From: Candidatus Heimdallarchaeum endolithica
GTDB taxonomy: Archaea > Asgardarchaeota > Heimdallarchaeia > Heimdallarchaeales > Heimdallarchaeaceae
Reading direction: 5' to 3'
Length of the DNA: 64,000 nt
Assembly (NCBI GenBank): GCA_021513715.1
Contig: CP084167.1
Coordinates: forward strand, 2,784,001-2,848,000
This document shows, one piece after another, positions 1-11,453 of this stretch (its first letter is position 1; the number at the start of each line of letters is the position of its first letter). Both the position numbers and the translations under genes were made by a program. The notes under the pieces were generated by a model that did not search any database, had not been told where the DNA came from, and saw only the letters and a program-made list of their open reading frames with translations.

Positions 1-3000
1 TCAGGCGTTAGAGGAATATATTTAGATCGATATTACCAGTTTATTGACCCTTCTTGGAAACCAATTGACAACAAAGTTTTCACTTATCCATCTGAGGAGT
101 ACATTGGAGCTAGAGCTCTTTTAGACATAGGTATTACAGGTGGTGGAATTAAAATAGCTATTGTTGATACAGGGATAGATAAATATCATTCTGATTTGGA
201 TGACTTTGACAATGATCCAAGTACGAACGACCCTAAAGTTATAGCAGAGATGTCCTTCATCGATTATAACAATGATGGAGTTAATGATACAGATGCCATG
301 GATGAATTTGGACATGGAACTCATTGTGCAGGAATAGCAGCTGCAAACGGGTCTTTGCAAGGAGTAGCTCCCGGTGCTTATCTTATCAATGCTCGAGCTT
401 TAGATGCTACTGGTGGAGCATATGTTTCTTGGGTTGTTAACGCTATTGATTGGGCTGTTTCTCAAGGTGCTGATGTTATTTCTATGTCTATTGGATGGAT
501 GCCAGGAGACATTGTTCAACTTCTAAATGAAGCTTCTGACGCTGCATGGGAGAGTGGTTCAATTGTTGTTGTTTCTGCAGGGAATAGTGGTCCACTTTCT
601 GGTACTATTTCAAGTCCTGGAATGGCTTCAAGAGCTATTACTGTAGGTGCCTCTGATGTGTTTAATGGAACAACTTATTGGTCAAGTAGGGGGCCTTCTA
701 CTAATGGTCTCATTGACCCCGATGTCCTTGCTCCTGGTGCAAATATTCTCTCAACTATTCCTAACGATATGTATGAAGTCTATAGTGGAACATCCATGGC
801 TGCTCCAGCGGTTGCTGGTGTAGCTGCTTTATTAAAATCAGTTTTTCCATCAGTAAATATTGACATTATTCGGAGTGCTATAATAAGTACAGCAACAGAT
901 ATGGGAAGAAGTGTTTTTGAACAAGGAGCTGGGTTAGTAAATGCTCTTGAAGCATATAACTACCTATCTAACCCTCAGGTTTTTGTTTTTCCAAGTTTTA
1001 CTGAAACCTCTCCTCTGAGATTATCTCCCAATGAAGTCTTAACTTATCAAATGGATATTTTTGTTGATCAACCTTATAATTCTCTGACTTTAGAACCCAG
1101 TGTTGAAATACTCCCATATGTCGGTGTAAGTTTAATTGATTCTCCATACTCTTCTGGGTGGATTAGAGCAGCTGTCACTGTTACGATGCCAGATTATTCT
1201 CTAGTCGGTAGTTTGTCTGTTAAAAATGGTTCAACTACTCTCTATAATGTAGAGCTTACTTTGGAACCTGAAGAAGAAGAAAATGATGCTAACTCCTCTT
1301 CTGATGCCGGAGAAACAATTACAGGAGCTATTTCTCTTGAACTTGGTGTTTCCTATAAAGGAGAGATTGTCTCTGGTGATAGTCAAGATTTCTACAAGTT
1401 TCCTGTTATTAAAGGGAAAATTTATCGTTTAATTCTTTCAAACTTGGAAAACGACCTTGACCTTCTGCTTACTGATGAAAACGGAACATTAATTGCATTT
1501 AGTATCAATTATAATAACGATCAAGAACAAATAGATTTTATTGCACTAAGTTCTGGAGATTATTTTGCAAGAGTAGTAGCTTATGATTTTGGTTCATATA
1601 CTATTCAAATAAGTGGAACAGACCTACTAACTCCTTCTATAATAAGTTTAACTGGAAATTTTGATGATTATGGTGTTGATTATGATTCTGATGGACTTTA
1701 TGATAATCTTACAATAGTTGTAGAAGTGGAAGTAAATAAAGCTGGTATATATGATTTTCTTTATACAGTCTGCCAGTATAGGAGTGACTACTTCTTTCCA
1801 AAGTACTATGTTGTATCAGAATGGGATACTCTATATCTTGAAGAGGGTATTCAAACTATTGAATTAACTGTATATGGGGGAACTATAGAACAATCGAACT
1901 ATGATGGTGAATATATATTAGGTGAGTTGCTCATCGGTGACCCATCTACTTGGATGGTCATAGAATATCTTAAAGATAGCTATGTTACTGGAGAATACAC
2001 TCATTCTCAATTTAATTCTCCTGAGGCTAGATTAACAAGCATCTCCTATTCTAATGAAAATGTAGATGAACTTGGAGGGCCAGAACTATTTAAAATTCAC
2101 TGTTTCTTTGATATTAGATTAGAAGGGGAAGTAGATATCAAATTTTGGATAATAGACTCTCAACACATATTTGGCGTTTATAGTGAAACTTCTGTTATAG
2201 GTCCTCTTACTACAGAAGTAACCTTTGAATTTTCTGGTTATAATTTGCACCATATATTAAAAGGTGACATTGTTGTTGCTGGGATAGTATTTAGCAGTGG
2301 AAATTCTATCTTTTTTATTCCTATATATGTTACTAAACCTAGTTCTGAATTTTCTTCGTATGAACCCCTATATTCCTATCAAATAACAGATAAAACTGTA
2401 GACAATGATTCAAATGGTTTGTATGATACATTAATACTTGATATTCTGATTGATTCAAAGGTATCTACAGAAGTAGAAGTATTCTATAGCCAATCTCTGT
2501 ATAGTTTGCCTTCAGAAAGAATGATTCCTAATTCTGATTATGGGACATATATTCAACAAGCAATAGATAAAGGTGAGAATCATATCTACATTGAATTTCA
2601 ACTATTTTCTGCTGGAGCAAGAGAATTGAATGGTCCTTATTTAATTCCAATTATTACTTTGGAAGAATATGTTTATAGAACTTTCATTACAACTCATCAT
2701 GTCACCAACCAATATGATTGTAGTAATTTTGACACTCCAACAGCATATCTGTCTGCATATTTAGGAAGTGAAAATGTTATTTCTGAAGATGGAGGTTTAA
2801 GACTTACTTTTGAAATTAAGGCTAAACAGGAACTAGATATTACTATAACTCTAGATATAAAAAATTATTATAGTCCAACTGGCAGTTACTTCTACTCTTG
2901 GGAAGTGTTGGAAAAGCATGTTTATTCTGGAAAAAATAATGTTTCTGTAATTATTTCTTATCAAGAGCTTTTCTTGAACAAATTTGTCGGAGACTTAATA

Positions 3001-4356
3001 ATAAGACAGATATCTATTTATTCTGAAACTTTAGAAGATTCACTCTACGATCAAATTGTAATTTGTGATGTCAACTACTTAGATTTCATTTCGCTGTTTG
3101 ATGCTTATTTTGATGGGACATATGAGATTGAATACGTAAACAATGATGCTGATGATCTTTATGAAGGAGTCAATTTAATATTCCCAATTTATGTAAATAA
3201 GGCTGGAAGTTATGAAGTGTCTTTATCTCTTTACAGTGAATTTAATATTCCATATAGTCTTACTGTTAATGAATATTACGGAGAAGCAGGTGAATATTCT
3301 GTAGTATTTTTTATTTCTGCTCGTGTAATCGTCAGAAGTGTTTCATCAAACAATAAGTTAATTCTATATTGTTCGTTAAATAATCTTGATAGTGATTGGA
3401 TGGATGAACTTACAGGCATCTTTGAAGTAGAAAATATTGATAATTTAGATTATACTTTACCTTTGACCTTCTATAAAATTCAAAACGTTTATTCGTTTGA
3501 CAATAATAGTGATGGCCTTTTTGATTCAATTATTGTTGAACTACAATTTAACGCTTCTATGACAGGATCCTACAATCTGTTTTTTTATTTTAGTACTCTT
3601 CTTCTTAGTGAATCAGGTGTTCTTGATACAATTAGCCTAAGTAGTCAACTAACAATTAACTCTCCAAAAATTCAAGATGTTACTTTAACAATTTTTTCAT
3701 ATGACTTAATTGATACCAATTATTCATTAAGTTATTTTGAAACTACTGAATTCAAATTGAGTCTAGATTCTGTAATAATATCTGACAACTTGGGTGAATA
3801 TACAATTCTTGTAAATGAAATAAATTCTAAAACATTTGATATTACCAGTTTTGATTTAAGTTCTCCTGTAGAGATAACTTCTGTAAATGTGGGGTTGGAG
3901 GATATTGATGGGGATTCTATAGCCGATTATTTAGTTTTCACAATTGATTATGTCCTCAATAAACCTATGTCCTACATGATTTTTGAACTAGATCTTGATA
4001 TTGAATATTTTGAGGATGGGGCACAATACTATATTTTCTATACCACAGAGTTGGGATTATATCATGAAGTTGGAGAAGACTCTGTTGAATTTACCATCAA
4101 TTTGTATCATATCTTTTATGAAATACCTGACGAATTCAAATTATCCTACACTGTTTTTGTAAAAAATGATATATACGAAACAATTACTTACTATAATTCT
4201 GAAGGAGAACTGTTTGACACAACAATTAACACTCCAACACCTACACCTACAAACATAGTGACAACTGAAACAACAAAAAACAGTTTTCCAATGATGATTT
4301 CTCTAACAGTATTACTTATACTTGGAATATTCTTCCTTAAGAAGAGAAAAATATAA
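1..4356 (+). CDS. Large membrane-anchored subtilisin-like (S8) serine protease, 5'-truncated by the window edge; PPC-like domain, about 7 acidic beta-rich repeats, C-terminal TM anchor
   Basis: Frame is open from base 1. Catalytic motifs IAIVDTGID (151-180), HGTHCAG and GTSMAAP; oxyanion SAGNSG. C-terminus has a TPTPTPT linker, a hydrophobic helix and KKRKI. Confidence 0.93.
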   Translation, partial: SGVRGIYLDRYYQFIDPSWKPIDNKVFTYPSEEYIGARALLDIGITGGGIKIAIVDTGIDKYHSDLDDFDNDPSTNDPKVIAEMSFIDYNNDGVNDTDAMDEFGHGTHCAGIAAANGSLQGVAPGAYLINARALDATGGAYVSWVVNAIDWAVSQGADVISMSIGWMPGDIVQLLNEASDAAWESGSIVVVSAGNSGPLSGTISSPGMASRAITVGASDVFNGTTYWSSRGPSTNGLIDPDVLAPGANILSTIPNDMYEVYSGTSMAAPAVAGVAALLKSVFPSVNIDIIRSAIISTATDMGRSVFEQGAGLVNALEAYNYLSNPQVFVFPSFTETSPLRLSPNEVLTYQMDIFVDQPYNSLTLEPSVEILPYVGVSLIDSPYSSGWIRAAVTVTMPDYSLVGSLSVKNGSTTLYNVELTLEPEEEENDANSSSDAGETITGAISLELGVSYKGEIVSGDSQDFYKFPVIKGKIYRLILSNLENDLDLLLTDENGTLIAFSINYNNDQEQIDFIALSSGDYFARVVAYDFGSYTIQISGTDLLTPSIISLTGNFDDYGVDYDSDGLYDNLTIVVEVEVNKAGIYDFLYTVCQYRSDYFFPKYYVVSEWDTLYLEEGIQTIELTVYGGTIEQSNYDGEYILGELLIGDPSTWMVIEYLKDSYVTGEYTHSQFNSPEARLTSISYSNENVDELGGPELFKIHCFFDIRLEGEVDIKFWIIDSQHIFGVYSETSVIGPLTTEVTFEFSGYNLHHILKGDIVVAGIVFSSGNSIFFIPIYVTKPSSEFSSYEPLYSYQITDKTVDNDSNGLYDTLILDILIDSKVSTEVEVFYSQSLYSLPSERMIPNSDYGTYIQQAIDKGENHIYIEFQLFSAGARELNGPYLIPIITLEEYVYRTFITTHHVTNQYDCSNFDTPTAYLSAYLGSENVISEDGGLRLTFEIKAKQELDITITLDIKNYYSPTGSYFYSWEVLEKHVYSGKNNVSVIISYQELFLNKFVGDLIIRQISIYSETLEDSLYDQIVICDVNYLDFISLFDAYFDGTYEIEYVNNDADDLYEGVNLIFPIYVNKAGSYEVSLSLYSEFNIPYSLTVNEYYGEAGEYSVVFFISARVIVRSVSSNNKLILYCSLNNLDSDWMDELTGIFEVENIDNLDYTLPLTFYKIQNVYSFDNNSDGLFDSIIVELQFNASMTGSYNLFFYFSTLLLSESGVLDTISLSSQLTINSPKIQDVTLTIFSYDLIDTNYSLSYFETTEFKLSLDSVIISDNLGEYTILVNEINSKTFDITSFDLSSPVEITSVNVGLEDIDGDSIADYLVFTIDYVLNKPMSYMIFELDLDIEYFEDGAQYYIFYTTELGLYHEVGEDSVEFTINLYHIFYEIPDEFKLSYTVFVKNDIYETITYYNSEGELFDTTINTPTPTPTNIVTTETTKNSFPMMISLTVLLILGIFFLKKRKI

Positions 4357-4429
4357 TTAAAATTACTTTTTTTTTTCTTCAAATTGTTTCAGAGTAAATT
4401 AATATTAGGAAAAAAAAGATATAATTTAT

Positions 4430-5967
4430 TTAGACTGTCTCTTGTAATATAAGCTCTATTAGTGAGTAGTAATCCCCATACGCGCTTTCAAATTTGTAAT
4501 CAGGCAACACGAAACTTTCTTCGTCTGCTTCTCCATTTGCTTTTATTCCCATAACTTGAGGGATTCTAATTACTAGTTTACTGTTAGGTAAAACAAATAC
4601 TATTGGATCAATTCCTATTCCATCTCCACCTGTATAAGTACCGTATAATTCCGCGAATTGTGTCTGTTTACAAACATAAGCGAAGCTTTCTGCAGCTGAA
4701 TATACTGAATCGCTGGTTAGTAGGTATATTTTACCATTAAAATTAAATTGTTGTTGTGGTTCAATGGTTACCTCTTCCCAGAATAAATCAGTGAAATCTT
4801 TAGTATATACTTCTGGAGGAAGAGTTACTTTTACATTTTCTTTTGGCATATTAAGAGTAATTGATCGATTTTCTCGGAAATAGTTAACATATTTTCCATT
4901 TCTAAAGGCAAGGTAGTACTCATACTTTAAAGTTGTTTTAGCCAAAGGTTCAATAATATTTTCATACCAATACCTAGTTGAACCTCCATAATTATCTCTT
5001 ATGTCAAAGATTAATTTGGAACAATTTTCTATTTGTTTATAGAAATTGAAGAGCATTGTTTTATCACTATCTATATACATACTGCTAAAAGAATTTAAGT
5101 AGACATACCCACAATCTTCAGATAATTTTGTTGCATAGTTACTTTTAACAGATGAATAGCTCCAAATTTTTGGAAAAGCAAAAAAGCTGATATTTACTAT
5201 TGCATCGTTAGTAGCGTTTTTTACTGTAAAAATAGCATTTTCACCAAATAGATCTGGTGTGATAATTTGGACATAGAGTTTTTCTCGAAAAGGATCAAAA
5301 CGAAGATAGGTTTTCCTATAACTTTCTTTGATTGTACTATCTATTGGTGTTCCATTTACTGCTAGAACAATTGATCCATTTGTAATATTGTATTTTTCTT
5401 TCCAATTATATGAATAACCTTCAACTATAGTGTAATTACCTTGTGAATAAACCATTTTTACATCATAATCTTGTTTTTGTGGCAATTTTTTTATTATTTG
5501 ATACCAATAAAACTGTGCATCAGTTACTTGTTCATTTGTAAAAACTTCAACAAGGCTCCCATATTATGTTCAGAATATAATTGTGCATAGTATTCAAAAA
5601 ATTCGTAGGGTATAATAGCACAATGAAGATTTTGTAAAGCTGTAATCGCTTCTGATAAAACCTCTAAGAACTCCTCGTTTGAATCTGTTTGTTCAATTTT
5701 ATCTATAAAATATTCTTTTAGATTTAGCCAATTAAAACCGTGTGTTCGTTGTTTTAATGTTAAATAAGGATAGTTCTCTTTGATTACATTGTAAAAAAAT
5801 TTGAAATCTTCAATTCTCTCTTTTATTCCCATATCTTGTGGTTCTACTGACGTGAGCGCAAGAGGAAAATCATATCTGGGTTGAATAATAAATACTGATA
5901 AAATGGTTGAAAAAACAATAATTGTTACAGAAAGTATAGAAATTACTGTTATTGTCTTTTTTCTCAT
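4430..5967 (-). pseudogene. S41-family (tail-specific) peptidase split by one frameshift near 5550-5565 (pseudogene or sequencing error)
   Basis: N-part MRKKTITVISILSV... has a signal anchor and an AAGGTGA SD. C-part has DIRDNYGG, YSAAESF and GTYTGGDG. The downstream frame reads back as ...VEVFTNEQVTDAQFYWYQIIKKLPQ and overlaps the end of the upstream ORF. Confidence 0.8.
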
Positions 5968-6168
5968 TTTATCACCTTTTTTTCTCTTATTCAAGGTCAC
6001 ATAAATATTTAAATTTGTCCAAATTTGAACCATTTTTTTTAGTTGCTTATTTATTGAGTAAAGAAGGTTAATTTTTCCAAATTATAGAAGTTGTAGGGTA
6101 AAATTAGAAAAAATAAAAAAAAAGAATTAAATAAGTTTTTTACTTTTATTTCTTTTTAGTTTAAGGAC

Positions 6169-8025
6169 TTATTCTTCTAAATGTTCAAATTGACTATTGT
6201 ATATTTCTGCATAGAATCCGTTTTTCTCCAATAACTCTTTATGTGTCCCTTGTTCTACAATATCTCCATTTCGCATAACCAATATTAGATCTGCATTCCG
6301 AATTGTTGAAAGTCTGTGTGCTATGATAAAACTTGTTCTGTTTTCCATTAACTTGTCCATTGCTTTTTGAATGAGTAGTTCTGTGTGTGTATCTACTGAA
6401 CTAGTAGCTTCATCTAAAATTAGTATTTTTGGATTTTTTAGAATTGCTCGAGCTATTGTTATTAATTGTTTTTGCCCTTCCGAGATATTTGTTACTTCTT
6501 CATTTATTTCCATATTATAACTACCAGGTAGTGTATCTACAAAATGGTCAACATAAGCAGCTTCAGCTGCCATGACTACCTCTGCATCAGTTGCATCTAG
6601 TCTTCCATATCTGATATTTTCTAGAATAGTTCCACTGAATAACCATGTGTCTTGTAAAACCATTCCAAAGTTTTCTCTTAAATCATGTCTTGTGAGATCT
6701 CTTATATCTTCCCTTTCTAATAGAATCGCTCCGTCATTTACATCATAGAATCTCATAAGCAATTTGACCATGGTTGTTTTCCCAGCTCCTGTAGGGCCAA
6801 CAATAGCGATTTTCATTCCTGGTTTGGCTACTGCGGAGAAGTTGCGGATTATGGTTTTTTCAGGATGATAACCAAACTTCACATTTCTGAATTCTACATG
6901 TCCCTTTACTTCTTCGAGTTTTACTGGATTTGGATTTTCAGCTACTTCTTCTGCCTCACCTAGAAATTCAAAAACTCTTTCTGCAGCTGCTGCAGTTTGT
7001 TGCAAGACATTCGTTATATTTGCGATTTGAGAGATAGGTTGAGTAAATGAACGAACATATTGAATAAATGCTTGTATATCTCCTACTGAAATTGTTCCTT
7101 TTGAAGCAAGCCATCCTCCAGCTATTGTCACTCCTACATAACCCACATTTCCCACAAATCTAGTTAAAGGTATCATTAAACCAGATAAAAATTGAGACTT
7201 CCAAGCTGATTCATATAACCCATCGTTGTATTTTTCGAACTTTTCTTGACTTCTTTTTTCTCCGTTGAAGGCTCGCATTTCAGTATGTCCGCCAAACATT
7301 TCTTCTACATGGCTGTTAACCAAACCCAAACCTTTTTGTTGACCAGCAAAGTGTTTTTGTGACTTCTTGATGATAAATCCAATTACTAATCCTGACAGTG
7401 GGACTACTACAAGAGCAATTAATGTCATTAACCAGCTTATTGTTAACATCATAACTAATATACCAATAACTGTCACTACAGAAGTGATCATCTGTGTTAT
7501 ACTTTGACTTAGGGTTTGATTGATTGCATCTACGTCGTTTGTTAGTCTTGATAGAATCTCTCCTTGAGTGGTAGTATCATAATATTTTAATTCCATTTTA
7601 TTGATTTTTTGTGATATGTCTCTTCTTAATCTATAGGAGATATCTGCGGAAACTTTAGCCATTATCCATCCTTGGATATATGCTAAAACAGCTGATCCGA
7701 CATATAATCCAAGAGTAATAAGAAGAATTTTACTTATATAAGCAAAATCAATTTCTCCTGTTCCTCTTATTTGATTGATTAAACCTTCGAAAAGAGCTGT
7801 GGTCGCTTTACCTAGAATTTTTGGTCCTAATATACTAGCTGTTGTTGAAGCTATTGCGATTATAATAGCTACAATTATGATGGTTTTGTATTTACCAAGA
7901 TAACGTATAAGTTTAATCATAGCTCCTTTGAAGTCCTTTGCTTTGTTTCCTTTATCTATCATGCCCATAGGGCCTCTTGGACGAGGTCCTCGTTGTCTTG
8001 CTGTTGCACTAGGTCCGTGACTCAT
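6169..8025 (-). CDS. Heterodimeric ABC exporter subunit (TMD-NBD, TM288-like, consensus Walker B)
   Basis: 6-TM domain, GPTGAGKT, ISEGQKQ, ILILDEATS, AHRL. Confidence 0.93.
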   Translation of the reverse strand: MSHGPSATARQRGPRPRGPMGMIDKGNKAKDFKGAMIKLIRYLGKYKTIIIVAIIIAIASTTASILGPKILGKATTALFEGLINQIRGTGEIDFAYISKILLITLGLYVGSAVLAYIQGWIMAKVSADISYRLRRDISQKINKMELKYYDTTTQGEILSRLTNDVDAINQTLSQSITQMITSVVTVIGILVMMLTISWLMTLIALVVVPLSGLVIGFIIKKSQKHFAGQQKGLGLVNSHVEEMFGGHTEMRAFNGEKRSQEKFEKYNDGLYESAWKSQFLSGLMIPLTRFVGNVGYVGVTIAGGWLASKGTISVGDIQAFIQYVRSFTQPISQIANITNVLQQTAAAAERVFEFLGEAEEVAENPNPVKLEEVKGHVEFRNVKFGYHPEKTIIRNFSAVAKPGMKIAIVGPTGAGKTTMVKLLMRFYDVNDGAILLEREDIRDLTRHDLRENFGMVLQDTWLFSGTILENIRYGRLDATDAEVVMAAEAAYVDHFVDTLPGSYNMEINEEVTNISEGQKQLITIARAILKNPKILILDEATSSVDTHTELLIQKAMDKLMENRTSFIIAHRLSTIRNADLILVMRNGDIVEQGTHKELLEKNGFYAEIYNSQFEHLEE

Positions 8026-10280
8026 TTTAATTCCTCCAACTCTAGTTGAGATGTAGCTATAGAACGATACATCTCACATGTCTCCATTAATTCTTCATGT
8101 GTTCCTTTACCGATAATTTTTCCACCGTCTAATACAATAATTAGATCAGAATTTTTTATTGTAGAAATCCTTTGAGAAACAAGAAAAACAGTGCTTTTTC
8201 CAGTCTTTTCTCTTAGTGCTTTTCTGAGCCTAGATTCAGTTTTGAAATCTAAAGCAGAAAAACTATCGTCAAAAATGTATATGGGTGCTCTCTTAACAAG
8301 TGCTCTAGCAATAGCGAGTCTCTGTTTCTGTCCTCCAGAAACATTTGCTCCTTTTTGTGCAATTTCTGTTTTCAATCCCTTGGGTTTAGATTTAACAAAG
8401 TCTATTGCTTGTGCTATTTCTAAGGCTTCATACAATGTTTCTTCTGTTGCGTTTTCATCAGCAAATCGTAAATTACTCTCTATGGTTCCTGAAAATAACG
8501 TTGTTTTTTGGGGAACAAACCCTATTTTATCTCTTAGATCATGTTGTGTTACTTCTCTTATGTCGATTCCATCGATTTTTATAGTTCCTTCAGTTACATC
8601 ATAAAATCTAGGAATAAGGTTAACAATAGTTGACTTTCCTGAACCTGTTGGTCCAATAAAAGCGACTGTTTCTCCAGGATTAGCTGTAAAGGTCACATTT
8701 TCAACTGCACATTTCTTTGCTCCAGGGTATCTAAAACAGACATTACTAAATTCAACTTTTCCTTGAAATGGTTCTGGGAATTTCTTGGGTTGCTCTGGGT
8801 CTTCTATTCTTGGTTCTGTAATAAGAACTTCATTAATTCGTTTTGCTGAAACAACAGCTCTTGGAAGAATAATAAACATCATTGTAAGCATAAGGAAGGA
8901 AATAACAATTTGCATGGCATATTGCATAAATGCCATCATATCTCCCACTTGCATCGCACCATCAGAAACTTGATGGGCTCCTATCCAAATGATACTTATC
9001 ATCATACCATTCATGACTAACATCATAAAAGGCATTAAAATTACCAACAATCTATTAACGAACAAACTAACTGCAGTTAAGTCCCTATTTTCGACATCAA
9101 AACGTTTTTCTTCATATTTTTCGCGGTTAAAAGCTCTGATAACTAGTATTCCTGAAAGATTCTCTCTGGCTACTCTATTTATCCTATCTGTTAACTTCTG
9201 TAATAACTTAAATTTTGGAACAGCAACTAGGAAGATGATTATTATTAGAATCATTAAAAGAGCAACTGCTACTCCAATTAACCACCACATGTTTTTACTT
9301 TTGGCTAAAGCATGAATTATAGCTCCTACTCCAAGGATTGGAGCATAGAAAACCATCCTTATTATCATAAAAGTAACAGTTTGAATTTGTGTAACATCGT
9401 TAGTTGAACGGGTAATTAGTGAAGCAGTGGAAAATGTGTCAAACTCTGATCTAGAAAAGTTTTCTACCTTTTCAAAAAGATCGCTCCTTATGTTTCTAGC
9501 TATTCCTGCAGAAGTTTTAGAGGCAATATATCCTACTCCTATAACACATAAAACAGAAAGAAGTGTAACTCCTAACATTAAAGCTCCTGCTTTTAGGATG
9601 TACATTAGCTGAATTTTGTCAGTGTCTATCCCTATTATTTCATATTCTGCCCTCACAACGAATATTGCAACTTGTTTAAGCATCATTTCTCCTGTTTCCT
9701 TAAATTTATTTGCAATAGCAGAACTAATTAATAGTCTCTGTTCAAGAGGAAGAGTTTTTACCACATCAAACAGGCTTGTTCCTGGGGGAAGTGTAGACGG
9801 ATCAATGCCCAGCATTTCATATATCTCTGTGGCATTTACTACTTGTGAATTGTTTGTAGCTATCTGTTCAAAAACAGTAGAAGTTACAATTGCATTAATT
9901 AATATTCCTTCATATTCTTCTAAGGTTTTTTTCTTTACATTCTCATTCAAAAGATAAATCGACTCATTCTGCAATATTGGATAAGAATCTGTTAACTCTT
10001 GGTAGTCACTTGAATTTTCTGTTACTAGTCTGTAGTCAGAAAGCACTTTTGTTTGATTTTCAGGAGCTACAAATACAAAAATATTTTCCATTTTACTTTG
10101 TCTAATAGCAATTGGAACAGCATATTCTATTCCCCCTTGTTGAATTCCTTTGTCTACAATATCAGACATATAATCTGGGAGAGAAAGCTCTAAATTAGCT
10201 TGTGCAAATAATAATCCAATTGCTATTAGAATGAAAAAAATGTGAGTTTTTACATATTTTAATACACGCATCATTTTCAT
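8022..10280 (-). CDS. Heterodimeric ABC exporter subunit (TMD-NBD, TM287-like, degenerate site) with large extracellular insert
   Basis: GPTGSGKS, VSGGQKQR, degenerate FDDSFS and SQR switch; 4-nt overlap with partner gene. Confidence 0.93.
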   Translation of the reverse strand: MKMMRVLKYVKTHIFFILIAIGLLFAQANLELSLPDYMSDIVDKGIQQGGIEYAVPIAIRQSKMENIFVFVAPENQTKVLSDYRLVTENSSDYQELTDSYPILQNESIYLLNENVKKKTLEEYEGILINAIVTSTVFEQIATNNSQVVNATEIYEMLGIDPSTLPPGTSLFDVVKTLPLEQRLLISSAIANKFKETGEMMLKQVAIFVVRAEYEIIGIDTDKIQLMYILKAGALMLGVTLLSVLCVIGVGYIASKTSAGIARNIRSDLFEKVENFSRSEFDTFSTASLITRSTNDVTQIQTVTFMIIRMVFYAPILGVGAIIHALAKSKNMWWLIGVAVALLMILIIIIFLVAVPKFKLLQKLTDRINRVARENLSGILVIRAFNREKYEEKRFDVENRDLTAVSLFVNRLLVILMPFMMLVMNGMMISIIWIGAHQVSDGAMQVGDMMAFMQYAMQIVISFLMLTMMFIILPRAVVSAKRINEVLITEPRIEDPEQPKKFPEPFQGKVEFSNVCFRYPGAKKCAVENVTFTANPGETVAFIGPTGSGKSTIVNLIPRFYDVTEGTIKIDGIDIREVTQHDLRDKIGFVPQKTTLFSGTIESNLRFADENATEETLYEALEIAQAIDFVKSKPKGLKTEIAQKGANVSGGQKQRLAIARALVKRAPIYIFDDSFSALDFKTESRLRKALREKTGKSTVFLVSQRISTIKNSDLIIVLDGGKIIGKGTHEELMETCEMYRSIATSQLELEELK

Positions 10281-10345
10281 TTTCTCCTTTGTTTATCTTA
10301 TTATTTTCCTAAATCCTATCTTTGTCTAAACCTCTCATTTTTGTT

Positions 10346-10897
10346 TCAAGAAACACTATTGTTCTCAAAAGGTATTGGGACATTTTCTTTTTGAGCTAGT
10401 TCCATAAGGGAAGTAAGACTATTTTTTAGAATTTTCTGAACTTTTTCTGGCGATTTTCTCATTAAAACCATAACCAACATTGAATTTTTTCGAAGTAAAT
10501 TTAATGTGTCTTTTATTTTGTCTGTTGAAATCTGTGCTTCTTCTGGTCTTTCTAGTTTCTCAACATCTTGAAACAATGTGAAAAACTGAGAGAAAGTTTC
10601 TCTCATTCTTTTTTTCATCTTTTTTTTATGTTCTTCAAAAAAGTCTTTTCCTTTATCTGTAATAGAATAGAGTTTTTGAACTCTACCGCTTTCTATCTTT
10701 TCAGTTGCAGAAACAATTCCTGCAAGTTCCATTTTTTTGAGTATATTGTATATAGTAGTTAAACTAGGTTTCCAGTCAAATTTCTCTTCAAATATTGAAG
10801 CAATAGCGTATCCATGTAAAGGTCCTTTTAGCGTTAAATTCATTAAAATAAATGAATCAATCATGTCATTAGGCGAAAAAATAAAGCTCATGAGCAT
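10346..10897 (-). CDS. PadR-family transcriptional regulator
   Basis: PLHGYAI...TIYNILKKME..G...GRVQKLYSITDKG; upstream of the ABC pair. Confidence 0.9.
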   Translation of the reverse strand: MLMSFIFSPNDMIDSFILMNLTLKGPLHGYAIASIFEEKFDWKPSLTTIYNILKKMELAGIVSATEKIESGRVQKLYSITDKGKDFFEEHKKKMKKRMRETFSQFFTLFQDVEKLERPEEAQISTDKIKDTLNLLRKNSMLVMVLMRKSPEKVQKILKNSLTSLMELAQKENVPIPFENNSVS

Positions 10898-11118
10898 ATG
10901 AAAAATATAACATATAAAAAATTTGTGATATCAAAAAAATATAATATTGTTTCTTGTGATTCAAACTTAAATAATTTAGTTGTTGAAAATTAAAAAACTA
11001 CTTTTTGTTGATCATGGAGTCTTTTGGTTTGTTAATGTTGTTCTTAAATATGTTGTATTTCTTAATTTTTTAAAGGGCGCGTTTTTTATAATTTTCTTCT
11101 ATATTTTACTTGACTAAA

Positions 11119-11331
11119 ATGGATGAAATATTACTTAATATTGAAGGAATGACTTGTGGTCATTGTGTGATGACTGTAACTAGAGCTTTGCAAGGAGTTA
11201 CAGGTGTAAAAAAAGTTAAAGTAGATCTAGAAAAAGGAATTGCTAAAGTAAAATTTAATTCCAAAGAAGCAACTATTGAATCTATGATTAATGCTGTTGT
11301 TGAATTTGGTTACAAAGCAACAGCAGTTTGA
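11119..11331 (+). CDS. copZ: Copper chaperone (HMA domain)
   Basis: IEGMTCGHC motif, about 70 aa, directly upstream of copA. Confidence 0.92.
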   Translation: MDEILLNIEGMTCGHCVMTVTRALQGVTGVKKVKVDLEKGIAKVKFNSKEATIESMINAVVEFGYKATAV

Positions 11332-11453
11332 ATTTTTTATATAGACCTTTAGGTACAATGTACAATAGAAGAAGAACTTTTTAAGAAAAATCATTTTTCT
11401 TCTTAAAACTTTAAACAATTATGTTATTATAATTTGAAATAAAGTGGTTACTA

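Noticed and set aside
10921-10937. TGATATCA-centred palindrome as PadR operator
   Set aside because: Single short palindrome in very AT-rich DNA; no second site seen.
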